57,618 bases of DNA from an uncultured Clostridia bacterium (GTDB taxonomy: Bacteria > Bacillota > Clostridia > TANB77 > CAG-508). The first letter of the stretch is position 1; each line of letters opens with the position of its first letter. Positions 1-9,764 of the stretch are shown piece by piece. A program made the translations under genes and the position numbers. The notes under the pieces are model-generated. The model saw nothing but the letters and a program-made list of their open reading frames with translations, had not been told where the DNA came from and did no database searches. The stretch is from positions 1 to 57,618 of the forward strand of contig CALXZU010000004.1 of the NCBI GenBank assembly GCA_944393325.1. The letters run 5' to 3'.

Positions 1-186
1 TAAAAGGTAAATAGTAACATCCGCCAGTTCTTCGCCTAAATCATCCTTGTTTTTTCTCCATGCTTCATAGGCTTCTGACATTTCTCCATAAGTCAGACAG
101 AATTCCTTATTTATATCTGTTACATTAAATCCTTTATTAACTTTATTTTGATATATTTCTTTTTGTAATTTCTTTAAATCTACCAT
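1..186 (-). CDS. MazG-like nucleotide pyrophosphohydrolase (runs off the window start)
   Basis: Hand translation MVDLKKLQKEIYQNKVNKGFNVTDINKEFCLTYGEMSEAYEAWRKNKDDLGEELADVTIYLL; E..E..E / EELAD motif; not in the ORF track. Confidence 0.72.
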   Translation of the reverse strand, partial: MVDLKKLQKEIYQNKVNKGFNVTDINKEFCLTYGEMSEAYEAWRKNKDDLGEELADVTIYLL

Positions 187-357
187 TCCCATTCCTTCTT
201 TCTATTTATTTTTTAATACGTATTTCGAGAGCATCCTATTGTTTTCCTTCATAAATATTTTAGCATATATAATTTTTGTTGTAAATTTCAAACTAAACTT
301 TTTATAAATCTGTACAAATATATAGAAAAATAAGTTCTATAATGTTATACTTATTGT

Positions 358-711
358 ATGGAGGTAGTAACAATGATACATGAAATGAAATTAAACAATA
401 AAGCATTTAATAATATCAAAAGTGGTATAAAAAAATTTGAACTTAGGCTTTACGATGACAGGAGAAAAAATATAAATTTAGGAGATACTATTATATTTCA
501 TAACTTAAATAATCTAAATGACACTATTTCTGTCACTGTTCTTGCATTATTAAGATACCCTTCTTTTGCGGATTTTTTTAAAGATATTGATTACAGACTT
601 TGTGGAACCGCAAATAGTTTAGAAGAAAAATTAAAGCTCGTACATACTTTTTATACTCTTGAACAAGAACAAGAAAATGGAATACTTGCGATAAAAATCC
701 AATTAATATAA
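358..711 (+). CDS. ASCH/PUA-like domain protein
   Basis: HEMKL...IKSGIKKFELRLYD...GDTIIF pattern typical of ASCH proteins. Confidence 0.7.
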   Translation: MEVVTMIHEMKLNNKAFNNIKSGIKKFELRLYDDRRKNINLGDTIIFHNLNNLNDTISVTVLALLRYPSFADFFKDIDYRLCGTANSLEEKLKLVHTFYTLEQEQENGILAIKIQLI

Positions 712-718
712 TTAGATA

Positions 719-757
719 CACACAAAAGACGCCGACAATGTCAGCGTCTTTTGCGTG
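719..757. terminator. Bidirectional intrinsic terminator between convergent genes
   Basis: CACACAAAAGACGC...GCGTCTTTTGCGTG inverted repeat. Confidence 0.7.
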
Positions 758-770
758 ATAGTATTAAACC

Positions 771-1208
771 TTATTTACTCATAATGATTGTTTTTTCTGC
801 CTTTGACACGTATTCCGTCAATTTAGCAAATGTCTCAGCATACGAAAATGCTTGCGGTGGCACAAAGCCAAACTTATTTTTCAATTCCGCTAATGAAATT
901 GGATAAACTAGTTCATAAACCTTAATTATTGGATAAGCATATTTAGATTTCTCACCTATATTAAAATCATGGTTTCCATCCCCATCGCTATCCAATTTTT
1001 CTGGATATTTCACAATATCTCCAATTTCTATTACATATTTTAGTTCACTTTGTGGTGCAGTTACATAAACATACAAAAATTTAAAACTTTTTTTTGGTAT
1101 ATAGTTTCTAAATTCATGATTTTTTGTTCCTTGCACTATCTTAGAAGTTGGTTCTGGATTAATACTTACATATATTCCATTAGTTAATTCATCATTCATA
1201 TTTTTCAA
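771..1208 (-). CDS. ASCH/PUA-like domain protein
   Basis: YVSINPEPTSKIVQGTKNHEFR and YPISLAELK...PPQAF, typical of ASCH-like proteins. Confidence 0.6.
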   Translation of the reverse strand: MKNMNDELTNGIYVSINPEPTSKIVQGTKNHEFRNYIPKKSFKFLYVYVTAPQSELKYVIEIGDIVKYPEKLDSDGDGNHDFNIGEKSKYAYPIIKVYELVYPISLAELKNKFGFVPPQAFSYAETFAKLTEYVSKAEKTIIMSK

Positions 1209-1373
1209 ACTCCTTGATAAAATAATAGATACTATAATGTCTAAACAACATATACGGATTGTTAATCCAGTTTATCACAATATCATATAAAATATCAAGA
1301 CCTTTAAATCCTAAATCTTCTTTTAAGAAGCTGTAGTTGATAAATCTTTTTAATCTATAAATTGTAATTTGTA

Positions 1374-1847
1374 CTACTCATATTTTTGTATAATAGTATT
1401 TAATTTATCAACATTCTCTTGTGAAAAGAATTCACATCCATATAGTGAGCTCTCACCTATATTTATAGCCATCCCATAATCTTCAGAATAATTTGATTGT
1501 TTTATTGTTTCTTTTTTCATTTCATTAATAATATTTTCTATTTCAATTAAATCATCTTTAGAAACACTTCCAACTTTAGAGAACTTATCTTTTGGTGCTC
1601 CTTCTTTAGTTAATTCATCAATTATTTTACTCTTGTAAACATTCCCATCCTTATTTACTTTTATTACCATCTTATATGGATAATCATAAGTTGTTTTTTC
1701 TATTAAAATTTTACTAATATCTTTTTTTATATTTTGATTTTCATATCCTATTTTATTATAACCCCTTTTATAGCCTACAAAATATCCTATTATTAAAACG
1801 ATAATAATTAATAATATTACTATAATAATTTTTAATCCTTTTTTCAT
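1374..1847 (-). CDS. Hypothetical membrane-anchored/secreted protein
   Basis: 157 aa ORF with N-terminal K-rich then hydrophobic segment. Confidence 0.6.
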   Translation of the reverse strand: MKKGLKIIIVILLIIIVLIIGYFVGYKRGYNKIGYENQNIKKDISKILIEKTTYDYPYKMVIKVNKDGNVYKSKIIDELTKEGAPKDKFSKVGSVSKDDLIEIENIINEMKKETIKQSNYSEDYGMAINIGESSLYGCEFFSQENVDKLNTIIQKYE

Positions 1848-1871
1848 ATCTGTTTTCCTTTCAATTTATTA

Positions 1872-2066
1872 TTAAATAGTTGAGAAAATAATTAATAAAA
1901 TTCCAACTATTACAAAAATACCACCCCATACTCTAAGAACAATTTTTATTTTAGGACTTTTTAATAATTTATCTGGAAGCCTAGGATTTTTAAGTCCCAT
2001 AAAGAACTGAGGAATTAAAATCATAACAATTGCAACTATTGTAATTAAAATTCCTGTAATTAACAT
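1872..2066 (-). CDS. Small two-TM membrane protein
   Basis: 64 aa, two hydrophobic stretches, GGAG RBS. Confidence 0.55.
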   Translation of the reverse strand: MLITGILITIVAIVMILIPQFFMGLKNPRLPDKLLKSPKIKIVLRVWGGIFVIVGILLIIFSTI

Positions 2067-2118
2067 ACAATATCTCCTATTTACAAATTACTATTTTTTA
2101 TAAGCTACTAATTGTAAT

Positions 2119-2364
2119 TTAGTGAATAATATGTGCTGTTATAATTGTATAACTATATGAGTTAATAGTTATTTGTATATTATCAATTTTGCAATACCAA
2201 TTCTTTCCTTGTTTATAAATATTACAATCTTTATCTAATATTTTATTTTTACAGTATTCAACTACATCATTAGTATTCAATTTAAGATTTTTCTTAATTC
2301 TATCAATACCCATTTCAGTAGTATGAACTTTATCTATATTGGATAATAATATTTCTTTATTCAT
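2119..2364 (-). CDS. DUF3781-like small protein
   Basis: HTTEMGIDRIKKNL...KQGKNWY...NSYSYTIITAH pattern. Confidence 0.65.
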   Translation of the reverse strand: MNKEILLSNIDKVHTTEMGIDRIKKNLKLNTNDVVEYCKNKILDKDCNIYKQGKNWYCKIDNIQITINSYSYTIITAHIIH

Positions 2365-2564
2365 TTATTATCAACTCCTAGGATTTTAATTTCTATTCAC
2401 TTACTTTTTTATAAATGTTATATAAAAAGTTACTATTTTATTATTAAAAAATTTATTTTAATTCTCAGATAAAAGTTTTATTAATCTAACATTTTTGTAT
2501 GGCAACATTTCTAATTTCATAATTTTATCTCCATATATATAAAATATTACATTTTTTATACATT

Positions 2565-2801
2565 GTGAACTACCCATTGTCTAAAGCGAGGTTGTTTAAA
2601 AAGTATGGAAATTTTTTAAAAATTATGTTTACAAAAACGTAATCCCTATTTTTACATTAAATATTATATAAAATAGTTTGATTTTACTGTTTTATATAAA
2701 AAATCAATGTAAAAGTGGTAAGAAATTTGTTGCACTTTTTGTTGAATAAAAAAATTCGACTTTTTAAACAGCCTCTCTAAAGCCAATGGGATTGCGGTTG
2801 C
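2565..2801. mobile_element. IS200/IS605-type terminal hairpin remnant interrupted by a MITE
   Basis: Removing 2588-2775 and one TSD copy gives GTGAACTACCCATTG-TCTAAAGC-CAATGGGATT, with a perfect CCCATTG/CAATGGG stem. Confidence 0.55.
2588..2775. mobile_element. 188-bp MITE (non-autonomous IS derivative)
   Basis: 17-bp TIRs GAGG(T/C)TGTTTAAAAAGT with 1 mismatch; 8-bp TSD TCTAAAGC at 2580-2587 and 2776-2783; no ORF. Confidence 0.8.
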
Positions 2802-2903
2802 CTATATTTCAAACAATTCTCCTTGTACAACATCTGCAATTTTTTTAGCAGCAATCTTAGTTACTCCACTTGCTGAAAAATATGTTACTAAAATTTTACT
2901 CAT
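2802..2903 (-). pseudogene. Flavodoxin N-terminal fragment
   Basis: MSKILVTYFSASGVTKIAAKKIADVVQGELFEI* with FSASGVT FMN-binding loop; stops at the edge of the IS-end remnant. Confidence 0.75.
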
Positions 2904-2921
2904 ATAAATCAAATCCTTTCT

Positions 2922-3116
2922 TTATTTATCAATTAAATCATACCTTTTAAATATAGTAATAATCATACTATATACCAGTTTTTTACTTAATAACTCTCTA
3001 AATTTAGTAGTTTTGCTTTTTCCTTCGTTTCTTAAAATTGCTAACTCTTTTCCTAATTTTTCATATTCACTTAAAATATCGTCTAAAGCCCTTTCAAATC
3101 TTTCTAATTTTTCCAT
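2922..3116 (-). CDS. Hypothetical small coiled-coil protein
   Basis: 64 aa ORF, GAAGGTG RBS, co-oriented with neighbours. Confidence 0.55.
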   Translation of the reverse strand: MEKLERFERALDDILSEYEKLGKELAILRNEGKSKTTKFRELLSKKLVYSMIITIFKRYDLIDK

Positions 3117-3138
3117 ATTAATTTCACCTTCTTTTTCT

Positions 3139-3621
3139 TTAAAAGAATTTCACTTCATTTCCATGTTCTTTTATAATATTTACTAAATCCACTGTTCTAA
3201 TCCATAATGTAGCTGTATTATCATTAGGGTGTATTCCTAAGAATTTAGGTTCTTCTAAAAATTCTTTATCAAGATAAAATTTTACTATACAATCCTCATC
3301 ATTTAAAATACCAAAAGGAGTTACTGAACCTGGTATTAATTTCATAATTTTCATCAAATCATTTTCAGATGCAAAACTCAAACGTCTAGTGTTATTATTA
3401 ATACTAAACTCCTTTAAATCTATCTTTTTATTTCCTCTTATAGTTATTAAATAATAATTTTTCTTTTTATCATCACGAACAAAGAGATTTTTTGCATCCT
3501 GATTAGTATATGGAAGTTTTATTTTTGATGCTTCTTCCATATTGTATACAGCTTTATGATTTGTTATTTCATAAGATATATTTTTCTCGTTTAAATAATC
3601 ATATATTCCTTGTTTATTCAT
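3139..3621 (-). CDS. proX: Prolyl-tRNA editing protein, ProX/YbaK family
   Basis: AKNLFVRDDKK, RLSFAS, PGSVTPFG, HPNDNTAT motifs. Confidence 0.85.
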   Translation of the reverse strand: MNKQGIYDYLNEKNISYEITNHKAVYNMEEASKIKLPYTNQDAKNLFVRDDKKKNYYLITIRGNKKIDLKEFSINNNTRRLSFASENDLMKIMKLIPGSVTPFGILNDEDCIVKFYLDKEFLEEPKFLGIHPNDNTATLWIRTVDLVNIIKEHGNEVKFF

Positions 3622-4163
3622 TTTGACTCCTTTTGGATTTTCTTGGCATATATAATTTTTCCATATTTACTTTTTCATGTTCTAATAATTTAACTTTTTT
3701 ATCTATTCCGCCTGCATATCCAGTTAAATTTCCATCTGTTCCAACAACTCTGTGACAAGGAATAATAATAGAAATAGGATTATGCCCGACAGCTCCTCCT
3801 ACGGCCTGTGCTGACATTTTCTCCTTTCCTAATTTTTTTGCTACTTCCTCAGCTAATTTTTTATAAGTAATCACTTCTCCATATGGAATTTTTATAAGTA
3901 ATTCCCACACAATTTTTTGAAAGATTGTTCCATTTAATGAAATCTTTAAATCAGAAATCTTAGGCTTTTTATCTGAAAAGTATTTATCTAACCAATTTTT
4001 AGTTTCAATCAGTATTTTATTATCATCGTTTTCTATAATTTCTTCATTTATATTATTTAAAAAATACTTCTGACCTTCTATCCATAACCCTATTAATTTA
4101 TTATCTTTGCTTGCTAATAATAATTTCCCGAACAGGGGAATTATAATAAGTTTTATATATCAT
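3614..4163 (-). CDS. ogt: Methylated-DNA-protein-cysteine methyltransferase, one apparent +1 frameshift at 4130
   Basis: IIPCHRV active site; removing one base at 4130 restores MIYKTYYNSPVGKLLLASKDNKLIGLWIEGQKYF...GTIFQKIVWELL. Confidence 0.85.
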
Positions 4164-4183
4164 CTTTTATCCCCTTTCACAAT

Positions 4184-4798
4184 TTAATCAAATTTTGTTT
4201 TCCAATTTTCAGTCTTAAAAGCATCAAAACACATTTCTATTTGTTCCTTGTTTACTTTTTCTACTGCTAAATTCTTAGGTAATTCTTCTATTCCGAAAAA
4301 TTTTGTCTCTATTGTTTCAATATTTTTAATAAACTCTCCACCTAATATTGTACATTGTGAAAAGATTTTACAGACACCGTAAGCATATATAGGTATATTG
4401 TGTTTGTTTCTATCCTGAATTGCAATTATTTTTTCTACTTTAACATCTAAACCAGTTTCTTCTTTTACCTCTTTTATAGTATTAGATTTTACAGATTCTA
4501 AAACATCACACCAACCACCAGGAAGACTCCATGTACCATTATTTTCATGAACAAGTAATATCTTATCATTTTTAAATATTGCAGCTCTTGTGTCTATTTT
4601 AGGTGTTTGATAACCTTCTTCATTGCAAAACAAATCTTTTACTTTCTCTAAATTTAATTTACTTTTATTTTCGATTATTTCTGCTGATATTTCTCTTAAT
4701 CTTTCATATCTTTCTTTGTCATAATTATTATTTGTATAAGCAAGTCCTGCTTGTGCTAAGGCTTGTATTTCCATTGCCCATTTTAGCCATTGTTCCAT
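4184..4798 (-). CDS. NUDIX hydrolase with Nudix_N domain
   Basis: EIQALAQAGLAY N-domain, GYQTPKIDTRA, GG...E.....KEVKEETG Nudix box. Confidence 0.88.
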   Translation of the reverse strand: MEQWLKWAMEIQALAQAGLAYTNNNYDKERYERLREISAEIIENKSKLNLEKVKDLFCNEEGYQTPKIDTRAAIFKNDKILLVHENNGTWSLPGGWCDVLESVKSNTIKEVKEETGLDVKVEKIIAIQDRNKHNIPIYAYGVCKIFSQCTILGGEFIKNIETIETKFFGIEELPKNLAVEKVNKEQIEMCFDAFKTENWKTKFD

Positions 4799-4831
4799 CT
4801 TATTTACTCCTATCTATAACTTTTTATAATA

Positions 4832-7361
4832 CTATTCTGTTTCTTGAGTTGTAGTATTAGTATTATTTACAGTAATACTATTATTAGTTGGAACAGTATT
4901 AGAAACATTTGTATTTGAACTATTAGTTATATTAGTATTATTTGAATTTACTATATTTGTATTAGAATTTGTATTATTTTTATTTGTATTAGAAATATTA
5001 GATGTGTTATTATTCGGTCTTGATACATTTTCTGTATTATCTGATATATTATTAGTAGTATCTTCATCATCTTCATTATTATTTATTGTATCCCTACTAT
5101 CTGCTGGTTCTGTTATTCTTGGCGGTTCTTTTTCATCTATTTCTTCTGTAATATTTTCAACTATTCCGTCAGTACTGTTATTATTGTTTGTTTGTTGATT
5201 TTCGTTATTATTTAATTTTTCGCCTTTATGTTTATCACAATCATCTGGTGTTGTAAACCATAAGAAATATTCTGTATATGTATCCGGGCATCCTGTATTT
5301 GCAACTTTTCCAGTTTCTGAACATATTGTAATTGCAAGAACTCCTGATGGTTTCTCAAAACTTGCCTTTTGTAATCCTGCATGTATTCTTGACATAACAT
5401 TTGCCCAAATAAGTCCTGCCGGATTTCTTCCATTAAAATCTATACTTTCATTTTGGTCAAAACCATACCATGTTACTGCTGTATAATATGGTGTAAAACC
5501 ACAAAGCCATCTATCGTAATTCTCATCAGTAGTTCCAGTTTTTGCTGCAACATCTACTCCTGAAATTTCACAATAAGTTGCTGTTCCATTTTCTCCTAAT
5601 ACTGGTTCTGTAAGAAGACTCTTTAATATATAAGCAACTTCTTTTGAAAAAACTCTTCTTTTTTCCTGTTTACTTTCTAAAATTTTATCTCCATTTTTTC
5701 TATCTATTCGTGTATAAAATGTAGGTTCAATATATATACCATCATTTGCAATCGTGCTATATGCACCTGCCATTTGTAAAGGACTTATTCCTTTATCTAA
5801 TCCCCCTAAAGCTAAAGGTAAACCTTCATCATTTTCAGTTAAAGTAGTAATTCCCATTTTTTCTAAATATTTAATAGAAGTTTTCGGTGTTAATTCTTCC
5901 ATTATTTCTACAAAAGGTATATTTTGTGAAGATTCTACAGCTCTTCTTACGGTAATTTCACCTAATGCTTTATTATAGTCTACTGGATGATATCCATTTT
6001 CAAAATCTTTTTCTGTATCATCATATATTGATGATGCTGTAATTATTTTCTTATCAATAGCAGGTGCTAAAACCGCAAGTGGTTTTATTGAAGAACCTGT
6101 TTGTCTCGTACTTTGAGTTGCTCTATTAAATGGTCTTGCAATATCTTTTTTACCCAAAGCTCCAACACAAGATAATACATTTCCAGTTTTATGGTCTATT
6201 ACTACCATAGCTGCTTGTGAATTATCTCCTCCAATATTTGATTTTAAGACATATTTGCTTTTTTGGAATTCTTTTTCAGTTTCCTCTTGTATTTTACTAT
6301 TTTCAGTACTATGTATAGTTAACCCTGCCATATTTATATAATTAGTTGCGAATTCTTCAGAAATGTTGTATTTTTCTTCAATATCATTTGTTATTTCTGT
6401 AATTAGAGCATCTGTATGATCTGAATAAATACCATCACTTTTAGCCTCTACATTTCCATTTTTAAAATTCAAACCAGAATTCACATTTGAAACAGCTTCA
6501 TTATAAGAACTTTCATCAATATAGCCTAATTCTTTCATTTTATCTAATACTGTAATTGTTCTATTTTTTATTTTTTCAGAATTATCTGTTTCACCAAATG
6601 GATTATATGAATTAGGTGAGTGGTTTATTCCTGCTAAGAATGCGCACTCTTCTAAGTTTAATTCAGATGCCGATTTATCAAAATAATATTTAGCACCACT
6701 ATCCACTCCATAAATACTTGGACCAACATAGATAATATTTAAATAACCTTCTAATATTTCTTCTTTTGAAAGTTTGGTTTCTAAAAGCCATGCTTTCCAC
6801 CATTCTTTTACTTTTCTTATAACACTATCTGTATTATCTCCTGTTATATTTTTCACTAATTGTTGTGTTATCGTACTTCCACCGAATGAAGAAGAACCAA
6901 AATGTATTACATAATTAAATATTGCAGAAGCAGTTCTTTTTATGTCTACACCACTGTGTTTATAAAATCTTTCATCTTCTATTGCCACATATGCACTTTT
7001 TAAGTTATCAGGCATTTCTTCAAAACTTATATTTGATTTTTTCTTTTCATCACCGAAGTTTTGCAATGGTATTGCCGTCACTATCAATTACAATAGAACT
7101 TTCATTAGACACCATATCTACTGCCAAAGTTGTCCATCTATTTGCAGACACTCCTAAAGCAATACCAAGTACCAAAATTACTAAAGCTACTATACTTAAT
7201 ATAATTTTTTTTCTTCTTCTTTTCTTCTCCTTATTTGTCATTTTTTTCTTTTTACTATTTTTTATTTCTTTATTTATCTGCCTATTTTTATTTTTTTTCA
7301 TTTCTTTAACAGCTTTTGGTTCTTCATCTTCATCAAACCTTTTAGCTTTTTTCCTACTCAA
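4832..7361 (-). CDS. Class A penicillin-binding protein (PBP1A), apparent +1 frameshift at 7055
   Basis: TM anchor in 7050-7361; transglycosylase EDERF and GGSTITQQLVKN; transpeptidase GSSIK, SQN, KTGT; Asn/Thr-rich tail. Confidence 0.9.
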
Positions 7362-7500
7362 ACTTCATCACCTCTTTATTTTAAGCATTTATAGTATATC
7401 ATATTTTTTCTAAAATATAAAGTCAAAAAAACATTGCACAAAATTCTAAAAACTTATTGATTTTTTTATTATTTTAATATAACATAATTATGAACGGAGT

Positions 7501-8499
7501 GTGACACATATGATAAAAAGAGAAGAAAATCCAGATTATTTGAATGCATTTTTAGATTATTCAACCACTATTTTAAATAAATCACCTAATAGTGTTAAAG
7601 AATATAATTATGATTTAACAATGTTTCTAAAATTTATTAAAATGCATTTTGGATTAACTAATGAAACTGATTTTAGTAAGATAGAAATTAAAGATTTATC
7701 TTATGATACAATTAAAAAAATAGAACTTGATGATATTCATGCTTTTCTAGGCTATTTAACAAATACTTTTAATAGCAAATCTGCTACAAGAGCAAGGAAA
7801 ATTTCAACTATTCGTATATTTTTTAAATATTTATCGCAAGAGGCTAGTAAAAAATTTCTACTTGACCATAATCCTGCTTTAAATTTAAAAACACCAAAAA
7901 AGGATAAAAGGTTACCTAAATACTTATCTTTAGACGACAGTAGAAAACTTTTAGATGCTGCTTCTAATGAAGATAATAGAAACCATGAAAGAGATTATGC
8001 AATTACTACTTTATTTTTAAATTGTGGTATGCGTTTATCAGAGCTTGTTGGTATTAATATTAACGATGTTGATTTTAATGAATGTAAAATGACTGTTATT
8101 GGTAAAGGTAATAAAGAAAGAACTATTTATTTGAATAAGGCCTGTATGAAAGCAATTTCTGACTATTTAAGTGTTAGACCAAAAATAATATCTCATGATA
8201 ATAAAAATTCTGATAAAGCCTTGTTTTTGAGTGAAAGAAAAGAAAGAATTAGCAGGAGAACTGTCCAATATATTGTAAATAAAGAGCTTTTAGAAGCCGG
8301 TTTAGATAGTAGAAAATATTCAGTTCACAAATTAAGGCATACTGCTGCCACACTTATGTATCAATATGGTGAAGTGGATATTAGAGCTCTTCAAGAACTT
8401 CTTGGGCATGAAAGTATTGCAACAACTGAAATATATACACATGTTAGTAATGACCAAGTAAGAAGTGCGGTTGAGCGAAATCCTCTTGCAAATATTTAA
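7501..8499 (+). CDS. xerC: XerC/XerD-family tyrosine recombinase, probably chromosomal
   Basis: CGMRLSEL, GKGNKER, HKLRH, LGHES, TEIYTH catalytic motifs. Confidence 0.8.
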   Translation: MTHMIKREENPDYLNAFLDYSTTILNKSPNSVKEYNYDLTMFLKFIKMHFGLTNETDFSKIEIKDLSYDTIKKIELDDIHAFLGYLTNTFNSKSATRARKISTIRIFFKYLSQEASKKFLLDHNPALNLKTPKKDKRLPKYLSLDDSRKLLDAASNEDNRNHERDYAITTLFLNCGMRLSELVGININDVDFNECKMTVIGKGNKERTIYLNKACMKAISDYLSVRPKIISHDNKNSDKALFLSERKERISRRTVQYIVNKELLEAGLDSRKYSVHKLRHTAATLMYQYGEVDIRALQELLGHESIATTEIYTHVSNDQVRSAVERNPLANI

Positions 8500-8530
8500 C
8501 CCCCAGACCTAATAGCCTAGGGGTTACTTG

Positions 8531-8854
8531 TTATGTTACTATCCCTTCTTCATCACTTTTGAGTTCCTTACTTGGCAAGTTTTTTAGATTGGCCTCGCCT
8601 CCGAACATATCAAGCCACTCACTAAAAAGTGCTTGACGTGCAATCCCAGTACGTGCTTTGTTTTGAATTTCTTCAAGAGAAGTAGCTTTTAGGATTGCAT
8701 CAAATGCAATCCCTTTACTCCATGCAGTGCTTAGAAGTTCACCAACACGAGGCGAACCTTGATCCAATGCTTCATGAAGTAAAGTCCAGTAAGGATAAAG
8801 AGCTTTAGCCTTTCCCTTAAAATCATCAGGATAATACATAATTCCTCCTATCAA
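8531..8854 (-). CDS. Orphan hypothetical protein with higher GC than flanks
   Basis: Open frame with AGGAG RBS; GC-richer codons. Confidence 0.55.
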   Translation of the reverse strand: MIGGIMYYPDDFKGKAKALYPYWTLLHEALDQGSPRVGELLSTAWSKGIAFDAILKATSLEEIQNKARTGIARQALFSEWLDMFGGEANLKNLPSKELKSDEEGIVT

Positions 8855-8950
8855 AATTCTTTTACCTTTTGTTGCCTTTTAAATTTGTGTAAAAATAGGA
8901 AACTACTTAATGTATATTTTTATTATAATATATATTATGCTAAAAATCAA

Positions 8951-9756
8951 TTATTTTTTCTCAAATATTTTTACATAAAATGGTTCAATTTCTGGAAGTA
9001 ATGTGTTTAAATATATTGTATTAAAATCTTTATCTTGGATTTTTATATTAGGAAATGTTTTTATCATTTTCCTATTTCCCCAAAATTTATTTATAAAATT
9101 ATCTAAACTTTTGTTTTCTTTTACTTTATTATATTTTTCTTTTATTTCTTCTTCATTATAGATTGGAATATTGTTTTCAACAACCATTCTTGTTATGAAT
9201 TGGTCTTGTGCATAACATGTTAGAGCACAATTAATTATTAAAAATATAGTTATAATTCTTACTGCGTTTTTAAGTACTCTTTTAGGTATTTTTTCTTGTA
9301 ATTTATTACATATTTTGTCTATCATAGGATTTATTTTTCTTACTAAAAACACTGTTAAAATTCCCCAAAATATTGAGTAAAGCAAACATACCCTACCATT
9401 TACATTCAATATTTTTCCGTGTATAATCCCACCATCTTGTCTCTAAGATTACCTCTATTAAAAAACTAAATATATATTCAGTTGCTGTTCCTATAATATA
9501 ACCACCTAAAAATAAAGTTAAATTATTTTTATTAAAATATTTTGAAAACAATAATATAAAAACTGCTCCTATTCCATAAATTCCAAGGAAAGGTCCATAT
9601 AGAAAACTTTGTCTTGATTCTAATAATCCGCGTAGTTATTAAGCAAAATATTGTTTCTATAATATATCCTATAAAACTATAAATTATAAAATAAGTACAA
9701 ATTTTCCAAAGGTTTGTTCCTAATATTTTATATTCAAGTTTATCTGTTTTTTCCAT
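8951..9756 (-). CDS. Putative ABC transporter permease (CmpB/DUF1113-like), two apparent +1 frameshifts at 9630 and 9419
   Basis: YSFIGYIIET...GPFLGIYG...WWDY...LNVNGRVCL reconstructed across three frames. Confidence 0.78.
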
Positions 9757-9764
9757 AATTTCTC

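Noticed and set aside
4832-5220. Asn/Thr-rich repeats at the PBP1A C-terminus and in the LPXTG protein as DNA repeat arrays
   Set aside because: Low-complexity coding sequence without a fixed unit
7501-8499. Tyrosine recombinase as a mobile-element integrase or the enzyme for the second cotJC break
   Set aside because: XerC/D-like size and motifs in a housekeeping context beside PBP1A, with no att-like repeats or cargo
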